The position numbers and the translations under genes are program-made. Under the pieces are notes generated by a model. That model worked only from the letters and a program-made list of their open reading frames with translations, made no database searches and had not been told where the DNA came from. 64,000 bases of DNA from Octopus sinensis (taxonomy: Eukaryota): the NCBI RefSeq assembly GCF_006345805.1, contig NW_021836180.1:124001-188000 (forward strand), written 5' to 3'. The first letter of the stretch is position 1, and each line of letters starts with the position of its first letter. Below are positions 49,587 through 61,926 of the stretch, one piece after another.

Positions 49587-52402
49587 AGGTGCTATTGGAG
49601 ACACTGCCATTGATTGACGTGGAGGCCGAGGGGGAGACGTTCAAGGCCCTTGTGGATACGGGCTGTACGACCACCCTGGTGACTTAGAGGGTGACGAAGG
49701 AATGGAACGGGGTGAGTAGTGTCCGGGCGGTCGACGGCAGTGAAATCCGTTGCAGAGGCAGCAGCAAGGTAGAGATAGTGGTGCGCGGCACGACGCTAAG
49801 GCTGCAGGCAATTGTGGCCGAACGCATGATAGATGGAGTTGACGTGGTGATGGGGATGGATGCCATCAACTGCCTCGGTGGCGTCAGTGTTGTGGGAAAT
49901 GAGGTCATGTTCGGAAGCGTGGGGGCGTCGTGCACTGCAAGTCAGGATCGCCAGAGAGAGCAGAGCCCCGCGAGGGACTGCGCAGCTTACACCATCGAGG
50001 ACAAAGACTTTCAGGCTGCGTTCGATGGTCAGCGGTGGACGATAGAGTGGCGATGGAAGGACGGGCCCCCGACGCTGGAGAACAGGGTGAGCTGTTACCA
50101 GCATACCCTGAAAGGCCACGCCAGAGTCGAGTTTGAAGACGAGGTGGAGAGGTGGATCGAGGAAGGGGTCCTTGTCCCTTGGAAGGAGGAGGTAGCGGGC
50201 GGAGTGCTACTCCTGATGGCGGTGGTGCAGCCTACGAAGGGAAAAGTCAGACCGGTGCTGGACTTCAGGGAGCTAAACCAGCACATATCGTGTCACACGG
50301 GAGGTGAGGCGACAGACGTTTCTGGCGAGGCATTACGTAAGTGGAGACAGTCGACTGAGGCAGCGACGATTGTCGACTTGAGATCGGCATACTTGCAGCT
50401 CCATGTGAGCGACAAACTGTGGCGATATCAGCTTGTGCGGTACAAGGGCCGGACGTTCTGTCTAACCAGGCTGGGTTTCGGGCTGAATTCCGCTCCGAAG
50501 ATCATGGCGGCAGTGCTTAGGTCCGTCCTAGGGAAAGACGGCAAGATTAGAAAGGCCACCAGCTCCTACATTGACGACATTTTGGTGGACGAAACTGTAG
50601 TGCCAGCCGACGAGGTAGTTAGACATCTGGAGGAGTTCGGACTGATTGCTAAGCCACCGGAGTCGATTGAAGGGGGAGCCGCGCTGGGGCTGAAGCTGCG
50701 AAGAGTTGGATCAGGTGAATTGGTGTTCTGGAGAGGAAATGAAATCCCAGAGCTGAGTTCCAGCGTCAGCAGGAGAGAGCTGTTCTCGGTGTGTGGGAAG
50801 TTGGTCGGTCACTACCCGATCGCTGGATGGCTGCGCACGGCGTGTAGTTACACCAAGAGACGAGCAGAAGGAGAGAGGTGGGGCGACAAGGTGGGAGAAG
50901 GGACGGTGGCGATGATGCAGGAAATCCTAGAGAGGACAAGAGCGGAAGACCCGGTCGGGGGGAACTGGTACGTGCCCAAGACGAAATGCGGGACTGTCTG
51001 GTGTGATGCTAGCAGTATAGCGATAGGGGTGGTATTGGCAATCGAAGGCACTGCGGTGGAGGACGCGGCCTGGCTTTGGAAAGCAGATGATTTCAACCAC
51101 ATCAATGTCGCCGAATTAGACGCGCTGCTGAAAGGGGTGAACTTGGCCTTGAAATGGGGGCTGCGCACAATTGAAATCCGGACGGATTCGGCCACTGTGC
51201 TTGGCTGGGTAGGATCGGTGATCACCGGTGACAGGAGAGTGCGGACGAAAGGTGCTGTGGAGATGTTAGTGAAGCGCCGTCTAGGAGTTCTAGGTGAATT
51301 GATCGCCGAGTTCGGACTGAAGCTGAACGTGGTTTTCGAGCCTTCGGAGAAAAACAGGGCGGACGTACTGACCAGGGTGAAAAGAGCGTGGTTGGAAGAA
51401 CTGGAGGAGGCCCGGAAAGGGATAGCTGTGGCGTGTTGGTTGGATGACTCTGAACTGAAGAAACTGCATGATATGCATCACCTGGGTGTGGACAGGACCC
51501 TGTATCTGGCAAAAAAAATTGATGCTGACGTCACTAGGAGAAGCGTCCGGAAGGTGGTCGGGAGCTGTGACAGGTGTCAGTCCATCAACCCTGCTCCGTG
51601 TGGGCATGAACAGGGAAGCCTTTCCGTGGAGCAGGACTGGAAAAGGCTAGCTGTGGATGTGACACACTACCGTCAGCAAATGTACCTCTCCATGATCGAC
51701 TGCGGGCCGGGCCGGCTGGCCATTTGGAGGAGTTGAGATCGGGCATTGCTGACGAGATTGCGCAGATCCTGAACAGGATATTTTTAGAGAGAGGTCCCGT
51801 GGAAGAACTACTGATGGACAACTGGGCAGCGTTTCGTTCGGAAGCATTGAGGGTTATGCTTGATCGGTGGAATGTGCGACGCTTGTTCAGAGCAGCGTAT
51901 AGGCTGAGCGGTAACGGGATCGTGGAGAGGCACCATCGGACAGTCAAGGCCATAGCGGAAAGAGGGTACATTTCGCCACTTGAAGCAGTTTTTTTGGTAC
52001 AACTTGTCTCCCCGATCTGGACAAGCTGAGGAATCTGTGCTGCAGAGAGCTGTGTTCAAATATGAATGGAGGCACCCGAGCAAAGTGCCGGAGGGTCACG
52101 AGGAAGAGAAGGGACCCGTTCGCGTGAAAATAGGGGAGGAAGTCTGGGTCAAGCCACCAAAGGCGCGCTGTACGTCTCAATGGAGCAGAGGAACGGTGAC
52201 GGCGATCAATTCCAGAAGCAACGTATCCGTAGATGGAACACCACGACACGTCTTGGACCTTCGCAAGATTGTTGCTTCAACGGACGATGATTCTGGAGAG
52301 GGGGAGAACGAGGAGCCCAGCTTCAGAAGATCTCGACGAGCAAGGCGCTCTCCCGGTTGGATGGTGGACTACAACATGGAGCGGAGAGATTGTGATCTTT
52401 AA
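49583..52402 (+). pseudogene. pol: Pol (protease, RT, RNase H, integrase), disrupted
   Basis: Protease ALVDTGC just upstream of the 49691 ORF, with an in-frame TAG at 49685. RT motifs RPVLDFRELN, DLRSAYLQ, FGLNSAP, YIDD. RNase H DAS..AELD..TDS..AD. Integrase HHCC (HDMHH..CDRC) and D-D-E (VDVTH, MDN, VERHH). Frameshifts at ~51728 and ~51990. Confidence 0.9.
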
Positions 52403-52970
52403 GATCAGGGTGGCGTGTGGGATGACGTCAGCAGCCGGGTGCGTTGACCGGAAGCTAGGGCAACCGGAAGGGGCCAGCGTCAGGCGTGCGCAGGGAGCGG
52501 GGAATTGCGCCCTTTCCAACGTGGGTCGTGGAGGTGACAAGATGTGTGAGGACGTCGCTAAGGGTTTGGGCTAGCAGCTGCTATCGTTAGTGTTCGGGTC
52601 GGGGCTGTGTGGAAGGACTAGTCACCGTTGGAGGGTCTCCGTCACTAAGAAGAGAAGGTAGGTGCCTCTATATTCAAATCGCGCACACACTACACCCAGT
52701 ATGGCCACAGTCTAATGACTGAAGCAAATGTATATATATATATAAATATGAGGTAACAAACAAAGGAAAAAATTCCTTCAAAGGTATGTGTAAAACATCC
52801 AATTCACTTGTATGTTGGTTGAATACCACATAAATATGGGTATAATGTAAATTACGTATAATAAATTAAATAGAGAGTTACAAATGACAATCAAATAATT
52901 TATTTATATCATAATATAACATAATATACTATGAATATAATATAAGAAACAATCATTTAAAAAAACAAAA

Positions 52971-53056
52971 TAGCCAACAATTTGTTTCGACTTATATACA
53001 TTTTTTAATATATAAACAATTCAATTCCCTTATATATAAGCCTCATCAGGGCAACT
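52971..53056 (-). ncRNA. Type I hammerhead ribozyme, Penelope-type (copy at ~26851-26935)
   Basis: Minus strand TTGCC-CTGATGA-GGCTTATATA..TATATAAGTC-GAAA-CAAATTG-TT-GGC: intact core, paired stem II, minimal near-palindromic stem III, 3-bp stem I. Confidence 0.6.
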
Positions 53057-53729
53057 GGTGTGTAGAAAGACTTCTTCAGTGTTATGTGTCATGTCTTCAA
53101 TATTTTGAAGAATTGTATTATTCGGAAGTGAAATATTTTCAGTCCCGCATCACTGCGTCTTGTTCCATCATTTCGCTCGCTTTCTCTTTTTATTCTACTC
53201 GCTGGCATTCATTATTGTTAGGCCCTCAAAAGCGGCGAGCTGGTAGAATCGTTAGGATGCTGCACAAATATATTAGCAGTATTTCTTCCGGTGAAGGTGT
53301 ATGGTTCAGTGGTTAAAGCGTCGATCTTACGACCATGAGGTTGTGAGTTCGAGTCCCAGACCGGGCTGCATGTTGTGTTCTTGAGCAAGACACTTTATTT
53401 CGCGTTGCTCCACTTCACTCAGCTGTAGAAATGAGTTGCGACGTCACAGGTGCCAAGCTGTATCAGCCCCTTTGCCTTTCCCTTGGATAACACTGGTGGC
53501 GTGAAGAGGGGAGGTCAGTATGCATGGGCGACTGCTGGTCTTCCATAAACAACCTTGCCCGGACTTGTGCCTCGGAGGGTAACTTTCTAGGTGCAATCCC
53601 ACGGTCAGTCATGACCGAAAGGGGTCTCAATTCAAATTCAATAAGGGAATTGAATCGTTTGTATATTAAAAAATGTATATAAGTCGAAACAAATTGTTGG
53701 CTGTTTTGTTTTTTCAAATAATTGTTAGT

Positions 53730-53959
53730 TACTCTTTTACTTGTTTCAGTCATTTGACTCCGGCCATGCTGGAGCACCGTCTTTAATCGAGCAACTCGAC
53801 CCCGGGACTTATTCTCTTGTAAGCCTAGTACTTATTCTATCGGTCTCTTTTGCCAAACCGCTAAGTAACGGGGACATAAACACACCAGCATCGGTTGTCA
53901 AGCAATGCTAGGGGGACAAACACAGACACACAAACGCACACACATACACACACACACAT

Positions 53960-54012
<53 letters not shown>

Positions 54013-54198
54013 CATATATATATATACATATATACGACGAGCCTCTTTCAGTTTCCGTCTACCAAATCCACTCACAAGGCTTTGGTCGGCCCGAGGCTAT
54101 AGTAGAAGACACTTGCCCAAGGTGCCATGCAGTGGGACTGAACCTGGAACCATGTGGCTGGTTAGCAAGCTACTTACCACACAGCCACTCCTGCACCT
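53730..54198 (-). mobile_element. SINE family 1, full length
   Basis: Same head, microsatellite and tail structure. Further copies at 54950-55372 (-) and 56207-56626 (+). Confidence 0.75.
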
Positions 54199-54304
54199 AT
54201 ATTATATTATATTCATAGTATATTATGTTATAATGTAAATAGATAATTGGATTGTCCTTTGTACAGCTTTCCTCATCCATTCATAGTACATGACCATACC
54301 AATG

Positions 54305-54942
54305 AGAGACGTTTGTGTTGGTATGGTCATATACTGTGGATGGATGAGGAGAGCTGTGAAGAAGTGCCACTCCCAAACAGTGGTAGGAATCCAGGGTAGA
54401 GGGAGACCCAAGAAGACATAGGATGAGGTGGTGAAGCATGACCTTCAAATATTAAGCCTCACAGAGGCAATGACAAAAGACCGAGACCTCTGGAGGTATG
54501 CTGTGACTGAGAAGACCCCGCAAATAAAGTGAATCTTCAGTTGTAACCTACACCAGTGTTGCATAGCCAGCCCACTCAAAAGTACCTTGGATCGTAGAAT
54601 GACATGCCATTCTTGAGGTGACCTATTGAGTCAAGTAGATCAACATCAAATCAAATGGAAATTGTAGTTGTGAGCCCGTGCTGGTAGCACGTAAAAAGCA
54701 CCATCCAAATGTGGCCAATGCCAGTGCCGCTTTGACTGGCTTCCGTGCTGGTGGCATGTAAAAGGCACCCACTACACTCTTGGAGTGGTTGGTGTTAGGA
54801 AGGACATCCAGCTGTAGAAATACTGCCAGGTCAGATTGGGGCCTAGTGCAGCCTCCTGGTTTCCCAGACCCCAGTCGAACCGTCCAACACATGCCAGCAT
54901 GAAAAACGGACGTTAAACGATGATGATGATGATGATGATGAT
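54305..54942 (+). mobile_element. RTE-clade LINE 3' fragment
   Basis: ERRLCWYGH..GRGRPKKT*DEVVKHDL..MTKDRDLWRYAV (RTE ORF end), then 3' UTR and (TGA)n tail. Related 3' UTR fragments at ~17080-17525, 20930-21382, 47142-47587 (+) and 58260-59030 (-). Confidence 0.75.
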
Positions 54943-55168
54943 TGATATTACTCTTTACTCTTTTACTTGTTTCGGTCATTTGACTGCGGCCATGCTAGAG
55001 CACCACCTTTAACTGAGCAACTCGACCCCGGGACTTATTCTTTTGTAAGCCCAGTACTTATTCTATCAGGCTCTTTTGCCGAACCGCTAAGTAATGGGGA
55101 CATAAACACACCAGTATCGCTTGTCAAGCAATGCTAGGGGGACAAACACAGACACACAAACACACACA

Positions 55169-55210
<42 letters not shown>

Positions 55211-55449
55211 TACGATGGGCTTCTTTCAGTTTCCGTCTACCAAATCCACTCACAAGGCTTTGGTTGGCCCGAGGCTATAGTAGAAGAAACTTGCCCAAGG
55301 TGCCACGCAGTGGGACTGAACCCGGAACCATGTAGTTGGTAAACAAGCTACTTACCACACAGCCACTCCTGCACGAGCGCCTATTAATAATAATACTGTA
55401 ATTGTTCCACTGTTGTTGTTTTTTTGTTTTCCCGTTTGGATTAAAATTA

Positions 55450-55502
<53 letters not shown>

Positions 55503-55719
55503 GCACCTTCTGTCTGCTATTTTTTACTTGTTTCAATTATTGAACTGCAATGATACTGGGGCAGTGACCTGAAGGGGTCAGTCAAATAAATCAACCCCAT
55601 TACTTATTTTCAAGCCTGGTGCTTATTCTGTCGTCTTTTGCTGAACCTCTAAGTCACAGAGACATAAACAAGCGAATAGCAGCTGTCAAGAGGTGGTGGG
55701 AGACAAACATAAGCATAAA

Positions 55720-56010
55720 GACACGCACACACACACACACACATATACACACACCCATATACATACACACACACACACATACATACACACACACACATAC
55801 ACACACACATGCACACACACACGCACACACACGTGCACACACATACACACGCACACACACATACACATGCACACAGACATACACATGCACATGCACACAC
55901 ACACGCACACATACACACGCACACACACAAACACACGCACACACTCACACATACACACGCACACACACATACACACACAGATATATGTCCATATGGGTGT
56001 GTGTGTGTGA
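55720..56010. repeat. Long compound (CA)n/(TACA)n microsatellite
   Basis: About 260 bp of CA-type repeats followed by a short TG run. Source of the spurious H/T and C/V ORFs. Confidence 0.9.
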
Positions 56011-57385
56011 GATCACTTGTGAGGTCTCTCATGAATGCTAAATGGTAACATGGAATCCAGTACATCCTATTTACTTCATGGTTGAATTGCTGTCAACTGA
56101 ACAAGCAACCCTACCAGGCTAACCTGGTGAGAAGGGGTTGCTAGAAACCCAGCAGGACATGAAGGAGGGGCCACCATTGGCATATTGATGGGAATCTCAA
56201 CAGATACAGGAGTGGCTGTGTGGTAATTAGCTTGCTAACCAACTATATGGTTCCGGGTTCAGTCCCACTGCATGGCATCTTGGGCAAGTGTCTTCTGCTA
56301 TAGCCCCGGGCCGACCAATGCCTTGTGAGTGGATTTGGTAGATGGAAACTGAAAGAGGCCCGTCGTATATATGTATATATATATATACATGTGTGTATGT
56401 GTGTGTGTTTGTGTGTCTGTGTTTGTCCCCCTAGCATTGCTTGACAACCGATGCTAGTGTGTTTACATCCCCGTTACTTAGCGGTTCGGCAAAAGAGACC
56501 GATAGAATAAGTACTGGGCTTACAAAAGAATAAATCCAGGGGTCGAGTTGCTCGATTAAAAGGCGGTGCTCCAGCATGGCCGCAGTCAAATGACTGAAAC
56601 AGGTAAAAGAGTAAAAAGAGTAAAAGAGAGACTTCAACACAATGCTCTTTTTGTTCAGTGGTCAGCACGTAGTAGAAAAACTTGGCAGAGATATGCTACA
56701 TGTTCAGATCAGATGTTAGGATTGCCTGCATGGACCCATATTACAGACCAACAACATCCACCATGTCACTGATTGTCCTCTGATGATCCTCATTCAAATT
56801 TATGCAAAACTTTACTTGGTATTATACTAGGCTACACAGGTTTCTTATTTCTTTATTGCCCACAAGGGGCTAAACATAGAGGGGACAAACAAGGATAGAC
56901 AAAGGGATTAAGTCGATTACATTGACCCCAGTGCGTAACTGGTACTTAATTTATCGACCCCGAAAGGATGAAAGGCAAAGTCGACCTCGGCAGAATTTGA
57001 ACTCAGTACGTAATGTCAGATGAAATACTGCTAAGCATTTTGTGTGGCGCGCTAACATTTCTGCCAGCTTGCCACCTTGCTGAACAGTCATCTCACAAGT
57101 ACAATTTAGGCTGTGAAGCTCTTAAATTTTGTTACTAATCAGCATATATTCACTGAAAATTAAATTAAAAGTGTGTATTTTTATTAATATAAAAACATTT
57201 AAGATCAACACTAATTAAATTTCAAATAAAATGCCTAAGAACATAACTAAGAAAATCACAAAATTCACTGAGCAAAATATCAACACAATCTTTCAGTATT
57301 TGATCTAACTTAGGTTTTGTTTTTGACTTCTAAAAGTGTATTATTAGTTTGAAAAAAAAATTAAGATCACAGTTATATGATGATA

Positions 57386-57698
57386 TGTGGAGGCACAATG
57401 GCCCAGTAGTTAGGGCAGTGGAGTCGCAGTTTCGATTTCCAGACCGGGCGTTGTGTCTGTTTATAGAGCAAAAACATCTAAAGCTCCACGAGGTTCCAGC
57501 AGGGGGTGGCGGCGACCCCTGTTGTACTCTTTTGCCCCAACTTTCTCTCACTCTCTCTTCCTGTTTCTTGAGTAATGCTGCGATGGACTGGCATCCTGTC
57601 CAGCAGGGGGGGGGGGACACATATGCCATAGAAACCGGGAAACTGGGCCCATGAACCTGGCTAGGCTTGAAAACGGTATATAAATAAAATAAATAGAA
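57386..57698 (+). mobile_element. tRNA-derived SINE (family 4) with TSD
   Basis: TGGCCCAGTAGTTAGGGCAG head, A-rich tail, flanked by duplicated TATATGATGATA. Confidence 0.6.
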
Positions 57699-60423
57699 TA
57701 TATGATGATATAGTAAGGATAAAATACCTGTAAGAAAAATTAGCTTTAGTTTAGGAATTTTAAATTAATTTAAACATACAACTTCTCACAACAAAAATGA
57801 ACACGTGACTGTGCTGTCAAAGCTGTCACACACCCATTGTTATTAATTTTTTGCCTTTTCCCCATTATTCTATGATATGCCTGGTACTATATTATGATAC
57901 AATGAGCTGAGTTGCACAGTGCTATTTCAGGATACATGCCAATTTCAAGCAGAGGTATAACAAAAGTTTTCCACTATGATTTATGATTAAATTAATAAGT
58001 AAGATCAATGTTCATAATGAATTTGCCATTTTCGATGATGGTGCAGCGCACACCTAGAACATCCAGGATATACACCCCTGCTCAGTATGTTCTTTCTACC
58101 AACCATGGCCAGATGTTTCCCTCATGCATGTTTGGATGCTGAAGAATTTAACAAAGTTTTCATTCCAACTTCTGCATAATCTTTCATTTCATTTCTTCTA
58201 TATGTGGTGTCCACTCTGTCAATTTGCTATTCCATTTATTGTCCTTTCTTTAAAACACATATCATCATCATTGTTTAATGCCCGCTTTCCATGCTAGCAT
58301 GGGTTGGACGATTTTGACTGTGGGCTGGCGAACCAGATGGCTGCACCAGGCTCCAGTCTTGATCTGGCAGAGTTTCTACAGCTGGATACCCTTCTGATAG
58401 TGTAGTGGGTGCTTTTTACGTGCCATCAGCACGGAGGCCTGTCAGGCCATACTGGCAATGACCTTTTACACATGCTACCGGCACAGGTGCCAGTAAGGCA
58501 ATGCTGGTAATGATCACGCACGAATGGTGCCCTCTACCAATGATCACGCTCGGATGGTGCTCTTAGCATCCTACTAGCACGGGTACAAGTGCCAGTAAGG
58601 CAACGCTGGTAATGATCACACTTGAATGGTGCCTTTTATGTACTACTGGTATGGAAGCCTGTTAGCCGCTCTAACATCTGCTTTCCATGCTGGCATGGGT
58701 TGGACGATTTGACTGAGGACTGGTGAACCAGATGGTTGCACCAGGCTTCAATCTTGATCTGGCAGAGTTTCTACAGCTGGATGCCCTTCCTAACACCAAC
58801 CACTTCGAGACTGTAGTGGGTGCTTTTACATGCCACTGGCACGAGGGCCAGTCAGGCAGTACTGGCAATGGCCACACTCAAATGGTGTTTTTTATGTGCC
58901 ACCTGCACAGGAGCCAGTCCAGCGGCACTGGCAACGACCTCGCTCAAATGTTTTTTCACATGCCACCGGCACAAGTGCCAGTAAGGGGACGCTGGTAACA
59001 ATCACACTCGAATGGTGCTTTTTACGTCCCTACCAAAAAAACCATTTCAGAATTTTTTTTTTTCCAGGTAATATCTGTTAAATTTGTTGCTGCTCTTATC
59101 CTGTTGATTCTCCACTTATCCATTTTTGTTAATCTTTAGCGTTCTCCTTTCCATGGTTCTTTGTGTTGATCTTAATTTATTTTCAAAACTTTTGCTGGTA
59201 GTCTATGTTACCATAAGCAAAACACACTGGCTGAAGACCTTTCCTTTTGAGCATAGCAAAATTACTACTTATGATTTGATCCAATGTACCAAAAGCTGCA
59301 CATCCCCATAGTATTTGTTGTCCACTTTCTTTGGGTATGAGACTAAACTGCATTCTGCTGCCAACTCATGTCAAGTCATTGTGACAGAGTAGACTCATCA
59401 AACCAGTGTGGTCTTGAACCTGAAGTCAAGGCCTCCAGTTCTCAGCAGCACTTTTGATATAACCCATCAAATTAGGAATTTTTAATGACCAAAGTGGCAT
59501 AGATGCTGTCTTCAGATCGAGATTGGTACTTTGTTTTAAAAATAAACAAAATTTAATATGAAGAAGTGATTAGGCACATCTGTGGTTATAGGTGCAGGTG
59601 TTGCTGTGGGGTTGACTATGTGGTCTCAGGTTCAATCCCACAGGGTGTCGCATTGGGCAAATGTCTTGTACTTTGATCCTGGGCCAACCAAAACCTTGTG
59701 AGTGGATTTGGTTAACAGAAACTGAAAGAAACCAGCGTATCTACCTACCTGCCTGCCCCCCCACCCTACCTACTTGCTTATCAACGTACCTGCCTGCGCA
59801 CATATAGTTGTGATGCATGTGCCCACTGGTTGTCAAATAGTGGCGGGGGGGGGGACAAACACTGACACACACACCTGACAGGCTTCTTGTAGTTTCCATC
59901 TACCAAATCCACTCATAGGGCTTTGGTCGGTCCAAGGCTTTCGTAGATAATGCATAACCAAGGTGCCATGCAGTGGGACTGAACCCGAAACTATGTGATT
60001 GGGAAGCAAGCTTCCTACCACACAGTCCTCTTACAATGAATAGATGTTTAGCAGACTCTCTCTCTCTCTGTTATATATACATGAGTACGGACGTAGTAGA
60101 TAACAGCTAGCCTTTGGCCACTGTTTTGCACCCTGTTGTGTCCACTACTTTCATTGGTTGGTATTGGCGCACTTTTGTCTCTTGCTCTGTTACACACCAA
60201 TGTGCAACCCAACCAATCGAAGCCTTCTATCAACCGTGTAGTGTACTAAAGGGGTCTTTCTCGTCACCTCTCCTTCGCATGGTCGTTTACAGATAATACA
60301 GCTGACATCCTGTCTGACAGGTACGGGACTTAAATAGGAAGATCGCATCGGTTTTATTTAAGTTCTATCTTTATGCCATCTTTATTACCTCTGGCATTTT
60401 AAAAGCTTTATATAATACAAAGC

Positions 60424-60462
<39 letters not shown>

Positions 60463-61512
60463 GTATGTGAATTCGAAACGTCTGTGAGAGAGTGTGCATG
60501 TGAGAGGAAGAGAGTAAAAGTGAGAGGAAATGTGTGTGTGTGAAGCAGAGAGAAAGAGAGAGAGAGAGAGAGAAATGGGGAGAATGTGTGTGTGTGAATG
60601 TGTGTTTGAAGGCGCGGAAGAGACAGATTGAATGCGTTTATGTATGAAAGAGAAAGAAAAGTATTTCAGTGAAAACGAAGCAGCTCCTTAGAAGTTGCTC
60701 AATTTGCACGAAATAGCAGCCAATTCTTTTGAAATCTCATCCTACCGTCTTAAATAAAGAAATACACGCAGGACTATGTTATCCTGTATATATGAAAAGG
60801 CGCATGCATGGAGCAGGTTTGATCATAGGTGTCGCTCGATCAGTGTTGTCATGGAGTTACGATAACACGTAACTCTTAGTGATGAGAGAATATAAACAGA
60901 TGAAAAGCAACTGAGAAATTATAGGCACAAATCAATTAGATAAGAAAAACATTGATTTGGTCACTCGACAACAGTTATCGCAGTTCAATAAAGCACATTT
61001 TAACAACTTCCTATAGCAAAGAAAATGTAATTTCACTGACCCGAAAGAGTTAAATATGTAAGGGAAAAAAAGGATAAAGGAAAGTTGAAAATCAATTAAA
61101 AATTGAAAATGGATTAATTCGGGGGGAAACCGTTGAATAAAACAAAACGATTTATCATAGTCGAAGTAGATATCTAACAATTTTTTATGTATTTATCGAA
61201 GTTAAAGTAGATATCTAACAACTTCTTGAGGCAAAAGAGGCGTGGCTGTGTGGTAAAAAGCTTGCTTTCCAATCACATTGTCACGGATTCGGTTCAACTG
61301 CGTAGCACCTTGGACAGGTGTTTTGCACTGTAGCCTTCGACCTACCAAAGCCTTCTGAGTTTTTTTTTTTAGAATGGAGGATATGAGGAGTGGGTACTAT
61401 TTAAAAAGAGTGGTCCCGGTGCGCGCACTCGTGTACTCGCGCAACAGCGCTAGCTAGTCGTGACTAGTCGATCCTAAAACGACTACCTAGCAAAGTAAAT
61501 AAAACACACAAA

Positions 61513-61656
61513 TAGGAGTGGCTGTGTGGTAAGTAGCTTGCTAACCAACCACATGGTTCCGGGTTCAGTCCCACTGGCATGTTGGGCAAGTGTCTTCTGC
61601 TATAGCCCCGGGCCTTGTGAGTGGATTTGGTAGACGGAAACTGAAAGAAGCCTGTC

Positions 61657-61715
<59 letters not shown>

Positions 61716-61926
61716 TGTGTGTATATGTTTGTGTGTTTTGTTTGTCCCCCTAGCATTGCTTGACAACCGATGCTGTGTGTTTACGGTTCGGCAAAAGAGA
61801 CCGATAGAATAAGTACTAGGCTTACAATGAATAAGTTCCGGGGTAGAATTGCTCGACTAAAGGCGGTGCTCCAGCATGGCGGCAGTCAAATAACTGAAAC
61901 AGGTAGAAGAGTAAAAAGAGTAAGAG
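61513..61926 (+). mobile_element. SINE family 1, specific to unit 3
   Basis: Full head-to-tail copy, absent at the equivalent site (~4240-4438) in units 1 and 2. Confidence 0.75.

Larger units (their letters stand above)
48485..52694 (+). mobile_element. Ty3/Gypsy-type LTR retrotransposon, 4210 bp, full length but defective
   Basis: TG...CA LTRs at 48485-48777 and 52416-52694, 5-bp TSD CCCAG (48480-48484 and 52695-52699), domain order gag-PR-RT-RH-IN, purine-rich tract before the 3' LTR. Inserted into a SINE tail. Confidence 0.95.

Noticed and set aside
55619-56065. His/Thr-rich and Cys/Val-rich ORFs of 80-140 aa
   Set aside because: Translations of a (CA)n microsatellite.
57720-57745. Minus-strand acceptor TTTTTCTTACAG|GTATTTTA resembling the copy C acceptor
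   Set aside because: No VWA5A coding sequence or clear donor follows. It could be a UTR exon but is unsupported.
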